35,666 nt of DNA from an uncultured bacterium (GTDB lineage Bacteria; Hydrogenedentota; Hydrogenedentia; Hydrogenedentales; JAEUWI01), in contig CAXBPH010000040.1 in assembly GCA_963977445.1 (NCBI GenBank), positions 1-35,666 on the forward strand, written 5' to 3'. Every line of letters begins with the position of its first letter. Positions within the stretch are counted from its first letter, which is position 1. The position numbers were made by a program, and so were the translations under genes. Of this stretch, positions 8,953-17,344 are shown piece by piece. A model generated the notes under the pieces. It searched no databases, had not been told where the DNA came from, and saw nothing but the letters and a program-made list of their open reading frames with translations.

Positions 8953-10167
8953 CTACCCTTTCGAAAGCGATTGAATAGATATTTCATATGGCACGCCGCT
9001 CGAACCTTGCTCGACCTCAATATAGTATTTCCCAGGTCGGTCGAAGACTCGTGCGCGCATGCGTAAAAAGTCGAGGTCTCCGATTCTAGTGAACGGGCTG
9101 TCTCCTTTTTCGTCTACTATCACAATCGCAAAGCCGTCCGCTACACCTCTATCTTCGCGGAGACACTCGATACGCCACAGCCCTCCAGGCACTTCAAAAA
9201 CCTGGGAACGCTGACTCTTATCCGAATCCAAAGATACTACTGACGTCGCACGTAGCTGTGATTCATAGCCCTGCTTTTCAGCAAGCAGTAGTTCATCTAT
9301 CCGAGCTTGAAACGAGCTAGCTCGTCTGAGAGCATCGCTCAATTTGGACTTAATCGATCCCAACTCTAGCTCTTGCGCAGTAATCGCACTATCGACATGA
9401 TTCAGGCTACGTTCATGTTCTTGAATCTCTTTATTGTATATCCTGTTCGCCGAGTCGCGCTTACGATTTTGAATTACCGACTCCGTCTCCGCCGCCTCGC
9501 GCCAATGATCTCCATAAAATCTACCGCCTCTAATATTATTGCGGACGATGGACTTTTCATATTCCTCCATAAATATATCGGATGCACTTTCTCTATCCGC
9601 GTCTCCCACGGCTCTATCACGTTTCGATTGCGAAGTTTGCACTTTGCTCTCGTATTTATCTTTTTCAGTATGTAAGCTCCCCAGCTTACTCTGAACGTCG
9701 CGACTCGCGTCCGTTCTCCTTTCGATATTTTGATCTACCGAAGTACGTAATGACACAAGGATCTGCTCACGCTCAACGGGTGAAAGCCCATACCAGTGGT
9801 TTAGCTGCGTTTCAAATAGAGCCAACGTCCTCAGCGCCTGACGCTCCAAAAACTCGGCACTATCCAATGGCTTTGCTACTGCGGTAGAATTTCGCTCCAA
9901 TGCTCTCTTCTGCTTACTGGCATTGAACGCCTTAAGGATTTTTTCCCGTTCACCTTCATCCTCGTCTATCGCAAGCTCTTCCACATCCCGACGTTTACGA
10001 CTTACTTTTTCCACACGCCCCTCGGTCGGGTGGTGGATATAGTAGTACCCATTGTCTTTTTTTATATACACTTCTCTATATAACACACCGCCAACCCGTA
10101 TTTGATCGGCCTCAGCAGCGGCTGAAAATAATGCCAGAATCAGTGTAAAAAAAATAAATCGACTCAT
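8953..10167 (-). CDS. Hypothetical secreted protein with long coiled coil and C-terminal beta-rich domain
   Basis: Signal peptide MSRFIFFTLILALFSAAAEA after a GGGGAG RBS, charged heptad-rich middle, beta-strand-like C-terminus (PGKYYIEVEQ...YEISIQ). DNA is visibly more AT-rich than its neighbours. Confidence 0.8.
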   Translation of the reverse strand: MSRFIFFTLILALFSAAAEADQIRVGGVLYREVYIKKDNGYYYIHHPTEGRVEKVSRKRRDVEELAIDEDEGEREKILKAFNASKQKRALERNSTAVAKPLDSAEFLERQALRTLALFETQLNHWYGLSPVEREQILVSLRTSVDQNIERRTDASRDVQSKLGSLHTEKDKYESKVQTSQSKRDRAVGDADRESASDIFMEEYEKSIVRNNIRGGRFYGDHWREAAETESVIQNRKRDSANRIYNKEIQEHERSLNHVDSAITAQELELGSIKSKLSDALRRASSFQARIDELLLAEKQGYESQLRATSVVSLDSDKSQRSQVFEVPGGLWRIECLREDRGVADGFAIVIVDEKGDSPFTRIGDLDFLRMRARVFDRPGKYYIEVEQGSSGVPYEISIQSLSKG

Positions 10168-10290
10168 ATTTCTCCCCTGTTCTAAACCTAACAAAATTAC
10201 TTGGAAACTATTGAACTAACTCCAAGAGCATCCAAACATATGGCATTCTTGCACTACTAGATTGAAACGCATAAATCAACGAAATAAATC

Positions 10291-10670
10291 TGGGGCATAC
10301 CCCCGTTGTCTGGTCCATAAAATAGGAGCGCCAAGCCAGCCATTTCAGCCGGGCAGCGTGGCACATAAAAAGCGGAAACGTTTCACGCCATTTCAAATTA
10401 TCTGTACGCCGGCGAAATCAGCACGGTGTCATAGAGGCGCAGAACGCCAGGCGACTGAAGGAGTTGGAGCAGGAGAATATCCGACTCAAGAAGATGGGCA
10501 CGGACCGGATACTGGATAAGTAGACGATTAAGGACCTCGCGAGAGGGCACCTCTGAGTCCGGTACGGCATTGCAGTGTGGCGAACCATCTTGAGTAGGGA
10601 GTTACCGTATCTGAGCGTCCGTTACTTTTGTTCGTCGGCCTGTGACCGCAGATACCAGCGACACTCGTAG
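10291..10670 (+). mobile_element. Decayed IS3-family insertion sequence remnant (IS407-like), with internal deletions and stops
   Basis: Putative IRL TGGGGCATACCCCCGTTGTCTGGTCCA (10291-10317). OrfA fragments KKRKRFTPFQII and RRRNQHGVIEAQNARRLKELEQENIRLKKMGTDRILDK*TIKDLARGHL*, then OrfB-like LSPVRH...VSER. The right boundary is uncertain and may reach ~10750. Confidence 0.8.
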
Positions 10671-10873
10671 GTAAGCCGACCCTGTGAGGTAACCCGAGGG
10701 ACTTCTCGCTCGTCGACCACCTCATACCCCTTGAATTGGACCATAAACCACTTCTTCATGCGCGACGTGGTGTAGGCATCGCTCGCTATGTTGCTGTCTA
10801 CTACAAACATACTGACTACCCTTGTACTCCCGACTACTGCGACTCATTCAATGGTGATGAGCCAACTGGAGCA

Positions 10874-10890
10874 TGCAAGTAGCGCGCCAA
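10874..10890 (-). promoter_or_regulatory. Sigma54 (RpoN) -24/-12 promoter
   Basis: Minus strand TTGGCGCGCTACTTGCA matches consensus TGGCACG-N4-TTGCW with one mismatch and exact GG-N10-GC spacing. Intergenic and immediately downstream of a bEBP gene; predicted +1 near 10863. Confidence 0.8.
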
Positions 10891-10950
10891 CCTTTTCGAC
10901 GCTGAAAAGAGGAGTATTACGGGATTAATCGACAGCTGCTGCCCCACAGG

Positions 10951-10998
10951 CGTCCCAGAACACTCATATTGGGACACCAAATATCCCAATATGAGAAA
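10951..10998. promoter_or_regulatory. Paired upstream activator sequences (candidate bEBP binding sites)
   Basis: Perfect 12-bp inverted repeat CTCATATTGGGA (10963-10974) / TCCCAATATGAG (10984-10995). Each arm is itself a CYCA-N3-TGRG pseudo-palindrome. Centres are 22 bp apart, about 105 and 127 bp upstream of the predicted sigma54 start. Confidence 0.65.
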
Positions 10999-11078
10999 AT
11001 GGCCAGCGGAAATCAATAATAGCTCCCACAGGCACCCGAGCCCCCCCCCAATCACCCAAAGCTATCCTATCAGGCCCA

Positions 11079-12992
11079 TCAACTGGGCAATCCGTACTCG
11101 GTGATCTTGCGATAGAGTGTGCTGCGGCCAATGTCGAGAAGTTCGGCAGCGGCCTTTACATTGCCGTCGCTACGGCGCAAGGCCTCCAGAATCTGGCGTT
11201 TTTCTAGATCCGCGAGACTGAGAAAGGGCTCTGCCTTCGGGGCCACCTCCGAGCGGTAGACCACATCGCGCTGCAGGTCCTCCGGACGGATTGCATCGTG
11301 GGGGGCCACGACCATGGCCCGCTCTACGACATTGCGCAGCTCACGAACATTGCCAAGCCACGGCTGCTTTCCCAGGTATTCAATCGCCTCGGGCGAGAAT
11401 CCGATGGTTCTATATCCTAAGCGATCCTGAGCAATGCGATGGAAGTGTTCGGCGAGAAAAGGAATATCAGATTGGCGGTCCCGCAAGGGAGGGATTATTA
11501 TTTCGAAAGTATTCAACCGGTGATACAAATCACGCCGGAAACGCCCCGCTTCGACTTCGTCAATAATGTGTTTATTGGTCGCCGCAATTACGCGCACATT
11601 GACGGCAATATCCGCCTTGGCTCCCAGGCGACGAAATACACCCGTTTCGATAACCCGCAACAGGCGCGCCTGGTTGGGCAGGCTGAGATCACAAAGCTCA
11701 TCGAGGAACATGGTGCCGCCGTCGCACTCTTCGAAGAGGCCCTGTTTCTGGCCATGGGCTCCCGTGAATGCCCCACGCTCATAGCCGAAGAGTTCGCTTT
11801 CCAACAGCTCCGCAGGTATGGCTGCGCAATTGACTATGGTCAGTTTTTTCTCGGAACGTTCCGAAAGCCGATGAATCATTCGAACGACAAGTTCTTTTCC
11901 GGTGCCCGTCTCTCCAAGGACCACTGCATTGAGGCCTGATCGGGCACAATCTTTCGCCACGGCACGCACGCGACTCATGGCATCGCTTTTCCCGATAATG
12001 GCGACGCCCTCGGCCGCCCCCGAAACCAGGCGTCGATTTTCCCGTTCGAGAAGTTCAAGACGCTCGATGGCCCGAAAATAGGGGGCCGTTACCAGGGCCT
12101 GCGCGAGTAGGAATTCCAGGTCGGATTCGTCGTAGATCCGCTTCGGCGACCCCGCCTGAATCAGGAGCGCGCCGATAACATCCTTGCCGAGACTGATGGG
12201 ACTGGCCGCGGTCGTGCGCATGCCAGCCTCGCCTTCATGGCGGCAACTCTCGGGAATCAGTATCCCCCGCTGTTCGATAGCAATCTGGCTCACGATCTCC
12301 TGCGGCGTACGTTTGGACGTGAAAAGATTTTCATTTCCAGGTGGGTAGAAGGACTGGGCTCCGTCGCCGGGTCCGAGCAAGGCCACGCATATAGCCTCCG
12401 GCTCGAAACGTTCCGACACCCGTTGTATGAGGGCGGTTATAAGTCCCGACGTAGTGCTGGCTTCGCTGAGTGCCCGACTCAGGGTAAAGAGGTCGGCCAG
12501 GTCTTCCGCCGTCCGCGGTCGCGCCTGGGAAAAGAGCGCTTCACTGTCGCCCTTCATATAAAGGGGCTCGCCGATAACCAGGGAGGATGTAGGAGAATTC
12601 CCCTGCGACGGGGGCGGCGTCTGAGCACCAAGGTCTCGGACACGGGTCACGAGGAAAATGGCACTTCCGACGGCCACTTCGTCACCGGCAGTCAACTGCG
12701 CGGCATTGACGGGATCGCCATTTACGAAGGTGGCGTTGCTGCTGCCCAAATCTCGAATGAGTACCCGGTCATCCTGCAGGGAAACTTCGCAGTGCCGACG
12801 GGAGACCAGGGGATCACTGACCTTAATATCGCAGTTGATATCCCGACCAAATACCAGGGGAGCATAGGTGACGACCCAGGAAGTCCCCTTGGAGTTTCCC
12901 GTTTTTGCCGTAATTTGGTACAAAGATGCCCTCCTGCTGTGCGCCAAAACCATAGCACAATCTGTTGCGATGTTTACAAGAGATTGGGGCAC
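11079..12992 (-). CDS. Sigma54-dependent enhancer-binding protein, FHA-GAF-AAA+-Fis HTH
   Basis: FHA (FGRD...VSRRH...DLGSSNATFVNG), GAF-like middle, Walker A GETGTGKE, intact GAFTGA, Walker B MFLDE, WLGNVREL, C-terminal HTH (AAELLDIGRSTLYRKI). Confidence 0.95.
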   Translation of the reverse strand: MPQSLVNIATDCAMVLAHSRRASLYQITAKTGNSKGTSWVVTYAPLVFGRDINCDIKVSDPLVSRRHCEVSLQDDRVLIRDLGSSNATFVNGDPVNAAQLTAGDEVAVGSAIFLVTRVRDLGAQTPPPSQGNSPTSSLVIGEPLYMKGDSEALFSQARPRTAEDLADLFTLSRALSEASTTSGLITALIQRVSERFEPEAICVALLGPGDGAQSFYPPGNENLFTSKRTPQEIVSQIAIEQRGILIPESCRHEGEAGMRTTAASPISLGKDVIGALLIQAGSPKRIYDESDLEFLLAQALVTAPYFRAIERLELLERENRRLVSGAAEGVAIIGKSDAMSRVRAVAKDCARSGLNAVVLGETGTGKELVVRMIHRLSERSEKKLTIVNCAAIPAELLESELFGYERGAFTGAHGQKQGLFEECDGGTMFLDELCDLSLPNQARLLRVIETGVFRRLGAKADIAVNVRVIAATNKHIIDEVEAGRFRRDLYHRLNTFEIIIPPLRDRQSDIPFLAEHFHRIAQDRLGYRTIGFSPEAIEYLGKQPWLGNVRELRNVVERAMVVAPHDAIRPEDLQRDVVYRSEVAPKAEPFLSLADLEKRQILEALRRSDGNVKAAAELLDIGRSTLYRKITEYGLPS

Positions 12993-13089
12993 ACGACATC
13001 AGTTTCTACCAGGCGGCACCTGTGTTCGAGAATCGGCCGTTGGCAGCGTGTGCACCATCACCCTTGAATTCCGGATCCCCGATGGCTCC

Positions 13090-14504
13090 CTACGATGCGC
13101 CACGACCTGCCACCACGGCGCGAAACGTTTTCAAGAGAATCATGATGTCGAGACCGATAGACCAGGAATCGATATAGTCGAGGTCCATTTCGACCCATTC
13201 TTCAAAGCCAACTTCATTTCTTCCGCTTACCTGCCACAGCCCCGTCATGCCGGGTTTTATGCTGAGGCGGCGCCGTTGACTCCACGTGTACTTTTCGACT
13301 TCCGAGGGTATGGGCGGACGGGGGCCAACCAGGCTCATTTCGCCACGCCATACATTGAACAACTGGGGAAACTCGTCGAGGCTGTACTTCCGGATAAAAC
13401 GTCCCAATCGGGTAATACGGGGATCTTTATCTTGAATACCGGACCGTCCATTTCATTCTGATCCAACAGGGACGCCTGTATCGCTTCGGCGTTGACTATC
13501 ATGGAACGATACTTGAGCATCCTGAATCGACGTTGATTCTGTCCTACCCGTTCCTGGGCGAATAAAATAGGCCCTTTGGAGTCCAGCTTGACCAATATGG
13601 AAAGGGTCACCAACATGGGTGAAAAAAGTCCGATCAGACAAGATGAACCGACAAAATCGATCGTCCGTTTCATGAAAACTTTGCCGTGGGCTTCCGGAAT
13701 GGTCGACAGGTTCAGGAGTGGTATGTCTTCAAGGTGCATCAATCGGCTTGTGGCGACCCGCATTGGAAACAGATCGGCAACCAGATGCACCGAGACGCCG
13801 GCCCCTTCACAGAGGTGAGCAATCTCCTGAATCTCTTCATAGCGAGAACGAACCGGCAAGCTCACGTAGACCTCGTCTACATCACCCCGTACGACGCGCT
13901 CCTGCAGGGTTGCAATAGCCCCTTGATAGGGCACTTCCGGACGCTCTGTCGCCGCACCACGCTCGGGATCGTTGTCGAGAATACCATCGATATTGTACCC
14001 CAATCCGCCCTGAAGCTGGAGTACGTCGATAAGGTGGGAAGTCCGCTCATTGGCCCCAACGATCACCACGCGGTGGTTGTTAACCCCCATATTTCTCAAC
14101 TCGCGAATCGCGACGCGAAGTATCAGTCGAAATACGAGAAGGTAAACCAGGGTTCCCGCACAAAAAACAACGAGAAACGTGTGATTCAGACCGCCGCGCG
14201 TAAACAAGACCATGACGAAAACGCAGAATACGGACGCATCGCCCACGGCTTTGGTGACTGCGGCAAGATAGTGCACCACATCCTGTCGGCGCGTGGGACT
14301 CCAAAGATGCCGTTCAACGGCGGCACCATACCACACCAGAACAACGACAAGCAGATAGAGCAGGTTGGCACCAAAATTTGGCAGCAAGGGTTCGGTGAGC
14401 GGCGTAGACCAGTGGATAGCCGTGGCATACGCAGCGACGATACAACAGGTATCCAGGAAGGCCAACACACTGGGCGGCACCACCCGTTTTCTTGGTCTAC
14501 TCAC
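13090..14504 (-). pseudogene. WcaJ-type phosphoglycosyltransferase split by a frameshift near 13426
   Basis: ORF 13335-14504 reads properly to ...[10 protein letters not shown]. The continuation [37 protein letters not shown]...KPGMTGLWQVSGR lies in the -1 frame (ORF 13090-13407). May be a true indel, an assembly error or recoding. Confidence 0.85.
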
Positions 14505-14596
14505 GACTATAAACCTGCCTTTTTCACACCTTCGCGTCCCCCCGGGGACGTCGATAAAATAACATCAATTAACGCACCGACCAGAATCTCAGTCCA

Positions 14597-15781
14597 TCAT
14601 ACCGGACTATCGACTTTGGTGCCCTGACCACGACCCACAGACGGACCCGCCAGGCTTATGGCCCCGGACAAGACGCTGAGCAACTGGGGCAACTCATCGA
14701 TTCCATACCGACGAAGTAGTTTCCCCACACGGGTCGGGCTCTCCACCCCATCCTCTAATAATGCCCGGTGGGTCGTCCGAAACACAAAATCCTGAAACTC
14801 TATTCCTCCGGCTCCCCGCCGCAGTCGGCGCGCCAGAATGGGGCCGCGAGAATCACATTTTATGGCAATACTGACGATCGCACAAATGGGCGATAGAACC
14901 ATGAGCAACAGCAGAGAAACGCTCATGTCGACGGCGCGATGCAATGCGAAGGGCGGCTCCACATCGCGCTCGGTAGACAGGGTCAACAGGGGCACATCAC
15001 CCACACGGGAAAGTTCGCTCGTGGCCATTTGGAGGGGAAACAGGTCGGCCATGAAGCGAACAGGAACACCAACACCTTCACATAAATGGGCGGCGCTCTG
15101 TATCATTTCATAGTGAGAACGCACCGGTAAGGAGATGTAGACCGCGTCAATGACCCGCGTAATGAGAATCTGGTCAAGCAGGGAGATATCGCCCAGAAAG
15201 GGAATCCCACAGTCTTCAAGATGGTGCGTGCGGTCGTCGTCGTGTTCCAGAAAGCCTTCAATATGATAGCCGTATTGTTCATTGGCCTGCAGTATTCCCA
15301 CCAGCTTCTGGGTGCGCTCATTGCTACCGATAATAAGAATGCGACGGGAATTGAAACCACGACGGCGCAAATTCCACAAACTGAGCCCCAGGGTAAGGCG
15401 AAATAAAAGTAACCCGCCCAAGACCAGAAGACCATAGACAAAGAGAAACATACGGCTGAGATCATCCTGGAGGAACAGCGCGAGGATGAACACGATAAAG
15501 AGAAAGGCCGTAAAAAAGGTCTTTGCCACGGAAAAAAGCAGGGAAACCAAGGCTTCACTCCGTCGGGAGAGAAACAGACGTTGATCGGCGGCCACGAAAA
15601 ACCAGACCAGGGTCATGGCTGCCCAATAGGGAGACTGGCGCTGCGCGTGTGCCAGCCATTCCGCTTCAGCGGGTTTGAGCAACCACACGGTAAAGGCAAA
15701 AACACCAGCAATACAACACAAATCGAGTGCGATTCGCGTTGCAACGTTGAGTAATTCATGGCGTCTGGACGTCGGACCCAA
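14597..15781 (-). CDS. WcaJ-type phosphoglycosyltransferase paralog with degenerate, C-terminally truncated catalytic domain
   Basis: Close paralog of the downstream gene (SLPVRSHYEMIQSAAHLCEGVGV versus SLPVRSRYEEIQEIAHLCEGAGV). Keeps IDELPQ, but GPRP is replaced by GPS and the KPGxTG-WQV tail is absent. Start uncertain (TTG 15781 versus ATG 15916). Confidence 0.8.
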   Translation of the reverse strand: MGPTSRRHELLNVATRIALDLCCIAGVFAFTVWLLKPAEAEWLAHAQRQSPYWAAMTLVWFFVAADQRLFLSRRSEALVSLLFSVAKTFFTAFLFIVFILALFLQDDLSRMFLFVYGLLVLGGLLLFRLTLGLSLWNLRRRGFNSRRILIIGSNERTQKLVGILQANEQYGYHIEGFLEHDDDRTHHLEDCGIPFLGDISLLDQILITRVIDAVYISLPVRSHYEMIQSAAHLCEGVGVPVRFMADLFPLQMATSELSRVGDVPLLTLSTERDVEPPFALHRAVDMSVSLLLLMVLSPICAIVSIAIKCDSRGPILARRLRRGAGGIEFQDFVFRTTHRALLEDGVESPTRVGKLLRRYGIDELPQLLSVLSGAISLAGPSVGRGQGTKVDSPV

Positions 15782-15916
15782 GGTTCTATATTCCCAAAAC
15801 GGTGTGGTGAATGGACATACTGAGCTTTTTTGTCTCCCAGGAAAGTTGGGACTGTGTGTTTCTGGAGGCGCACGAAACAGAACGTTGAAAGGAGCTAATA
15901 GTGCGTTCCTTCGCAT

Positions 15917-15946
15917 ACCTTAGCGCGCTTGGGGAGATCTTGTCAA
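15917..15946 (-). promoter_or_regulatory. Sigma70-type promoter for the tandem sugar transferases
   Basis: Minus strand TTGACA-N18-TAAGGT. It leaves no room for a leader before ATG 15916, which favours the downstream start. Confidence 0.55.
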
Positions 15947-16009
15947 GAATTTACCTGACGCCCCTAAGCGATTTCTGACCCGTAGTATAACCGATTGTCC
16001 TATATTCGG

Positions 16010-16477
16010 TCACTCTCCACGTTCGAGCCACGAGCGACTTGGAAAATGGAAACACGTCATTGCAAAGGAAAGTCCACAGAGCACGGCACCATAGACGACG
16101 TTACCGGCCAATAAAATTACCAGAAAACCCATGACCGCACCCGACTCCGATAGGGCCATCGCAACCATGACCGCCTTAAATCGCGTCTCTGGTGTAACCG
16201 ATCCAATACCTGGGGCATTGAGGATCATCTGTTTAATTTTCGACGAGAAGACAGCGGTGCTAATCCCCGCGACAAGAAAAGCCGCGGTAAGAATCAGGCT
16301 GGTTTGGTCGTCCAGATCGGCAAAGCCGGTTTCCGGCACGGCACCGGCAAAACGCATTGCAATGGCGCCACCCATGTAAACCAGGGGCATGACCAGAATG
16401 GCACCGCAGATCACCTGCAGTGTCGCCACATTCTGTTGGGGTTGTTCTTCGTTGGACATGTCAGGCTCCTCGGGCAT
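16010..16477 (-). CDS. Hypothetical integral membrane protein (about 4 TM)
   Basis: Four hydrophobic segments, ALSES...GF and FHFPS motifs; starts 6 bp after the uppP stop. Confidence 0.8.
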   Translation of the reverse strand: MPEEPDMSNEEQPQQNVATLQVICGAILVMPLVYMGGAIAMRFAGAVPETGFADLDDQTSLILTAAFLVAGISTAVFSSKIKQMILNAPGIGSVTPETRFKAVMVAMALSESGAVMGFLVILLAGNVVYGAVLCGLSFAMTCFHFPSRSWLERGE

Positions 16478-16483
16478 TGTTTA

Positions 16484-17278
16484 CTAGAAATATCTAAGGA
16501 CTAACAAGACCAGCACACCAACAATAATTCGGTAGACCCCAAATGCGTTGAAGGAGTGTTTCTTTATATACGACATCAGGAAGGCGACGACCACATAGGC
16601 AACGATGAAGGATACGACCGAACCCAACAGAATCAATATCCATTGGTGGTTCGTGAAAGACAAACCTGATTTCATCATTTTAAATGCGGTGGCACCGACC
16701 ATGGTGGGGATCGCTAAGAAAAACGAAAATTCCGCAGCAACGGAGCGGTTCGCCCCAAGCAACAGTCCACCGACGATGGTCGCCCCGGAGCGCGACGTCC
16801 CCGGAATCATGGCGAGACACTGGCAAAATCCGATTGCGATGGCCTGCTTGAAGGACAAGTCATGTATCGAGCTCGTCCCGCCTTCGTGATTTCGTCGCTC
16901 TACCAGGAGAATTATGATGCCGCCGATGATGAGTGCATAGGCGACGACGGCATCGTTGAACAACGATTCGAGCCAGTCATCCAGCAGCAGACCAAGTACC
17001 ACGGCGGGCACGAAGGCCGCCACGACCTTAACCCAGAGATTCACGATCTTCCCGTCGATCTTTCCGGCTTTAATGGGCCAGAGATCCGCCCAGAAATAGA
17101 GGCAAACGGAGAGGATAGCGGGCAACTGAATGATGACAATAAAGGCGTCGATAAAGGCCCGATCCTCACCAAGTTTCAGAAACGACTCGGCAAGAATGAG
17201 GTGCCCGGTACTACTGACGGGCAGAAATTCCGTAATACCTTCCACCACCGCCAACAAAATCACATTGATATAGTCCAC
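16484..17278 (-). CDS. uppP: Undecaprenyl-diphosphate phosphatase (BacA/UppP)
   Basis: VEGITEFLPVSSTGH and PGTSRSGATI signature motifs, AEFSFFLAIP; GAGGAG RBS before a GTG start. Confidence 0.97.
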   Translation of the reverse strand: MDYINVILLAVVEGITEFLPVSSTGHLILAESFLKLGEDRAFIDAFIVIIQLPAILSVCLYFWADLWPIKAGKIDGKIVNLWVKVVAAFVPAVVLGLLLDDWLESLFNDAVVAYALIIGGIIILLVERRNHEGGTSSIHDLSFKQAIAIGFCQCLAMIPGTSRSGATIVGGLLLGANRSVAAEFSFFLAIPTMVGATAFKMMKSGLSFTNHQWILILLGSVVSFIVAYVVVAFLMSYIKKHSFNAFGVYRIIVGVLVLLVLRYF

Positions 17279-17344
17279 CGAAAACTCCTCAAAAAAGCAA
17301 AGAAACTCTCCGGCCCCATCGTATCACAGATGCGGCTGCCTGGC

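Noticed and set aside
10359..10376. Plus-strand GG-N10-GC motif TGGCACATAAAAAGCG as a second sigma54 promoter
   Set aside because: Poor -12 element, and it lies inside the IS3 OrfA remnant with no gene downstream on that strand.
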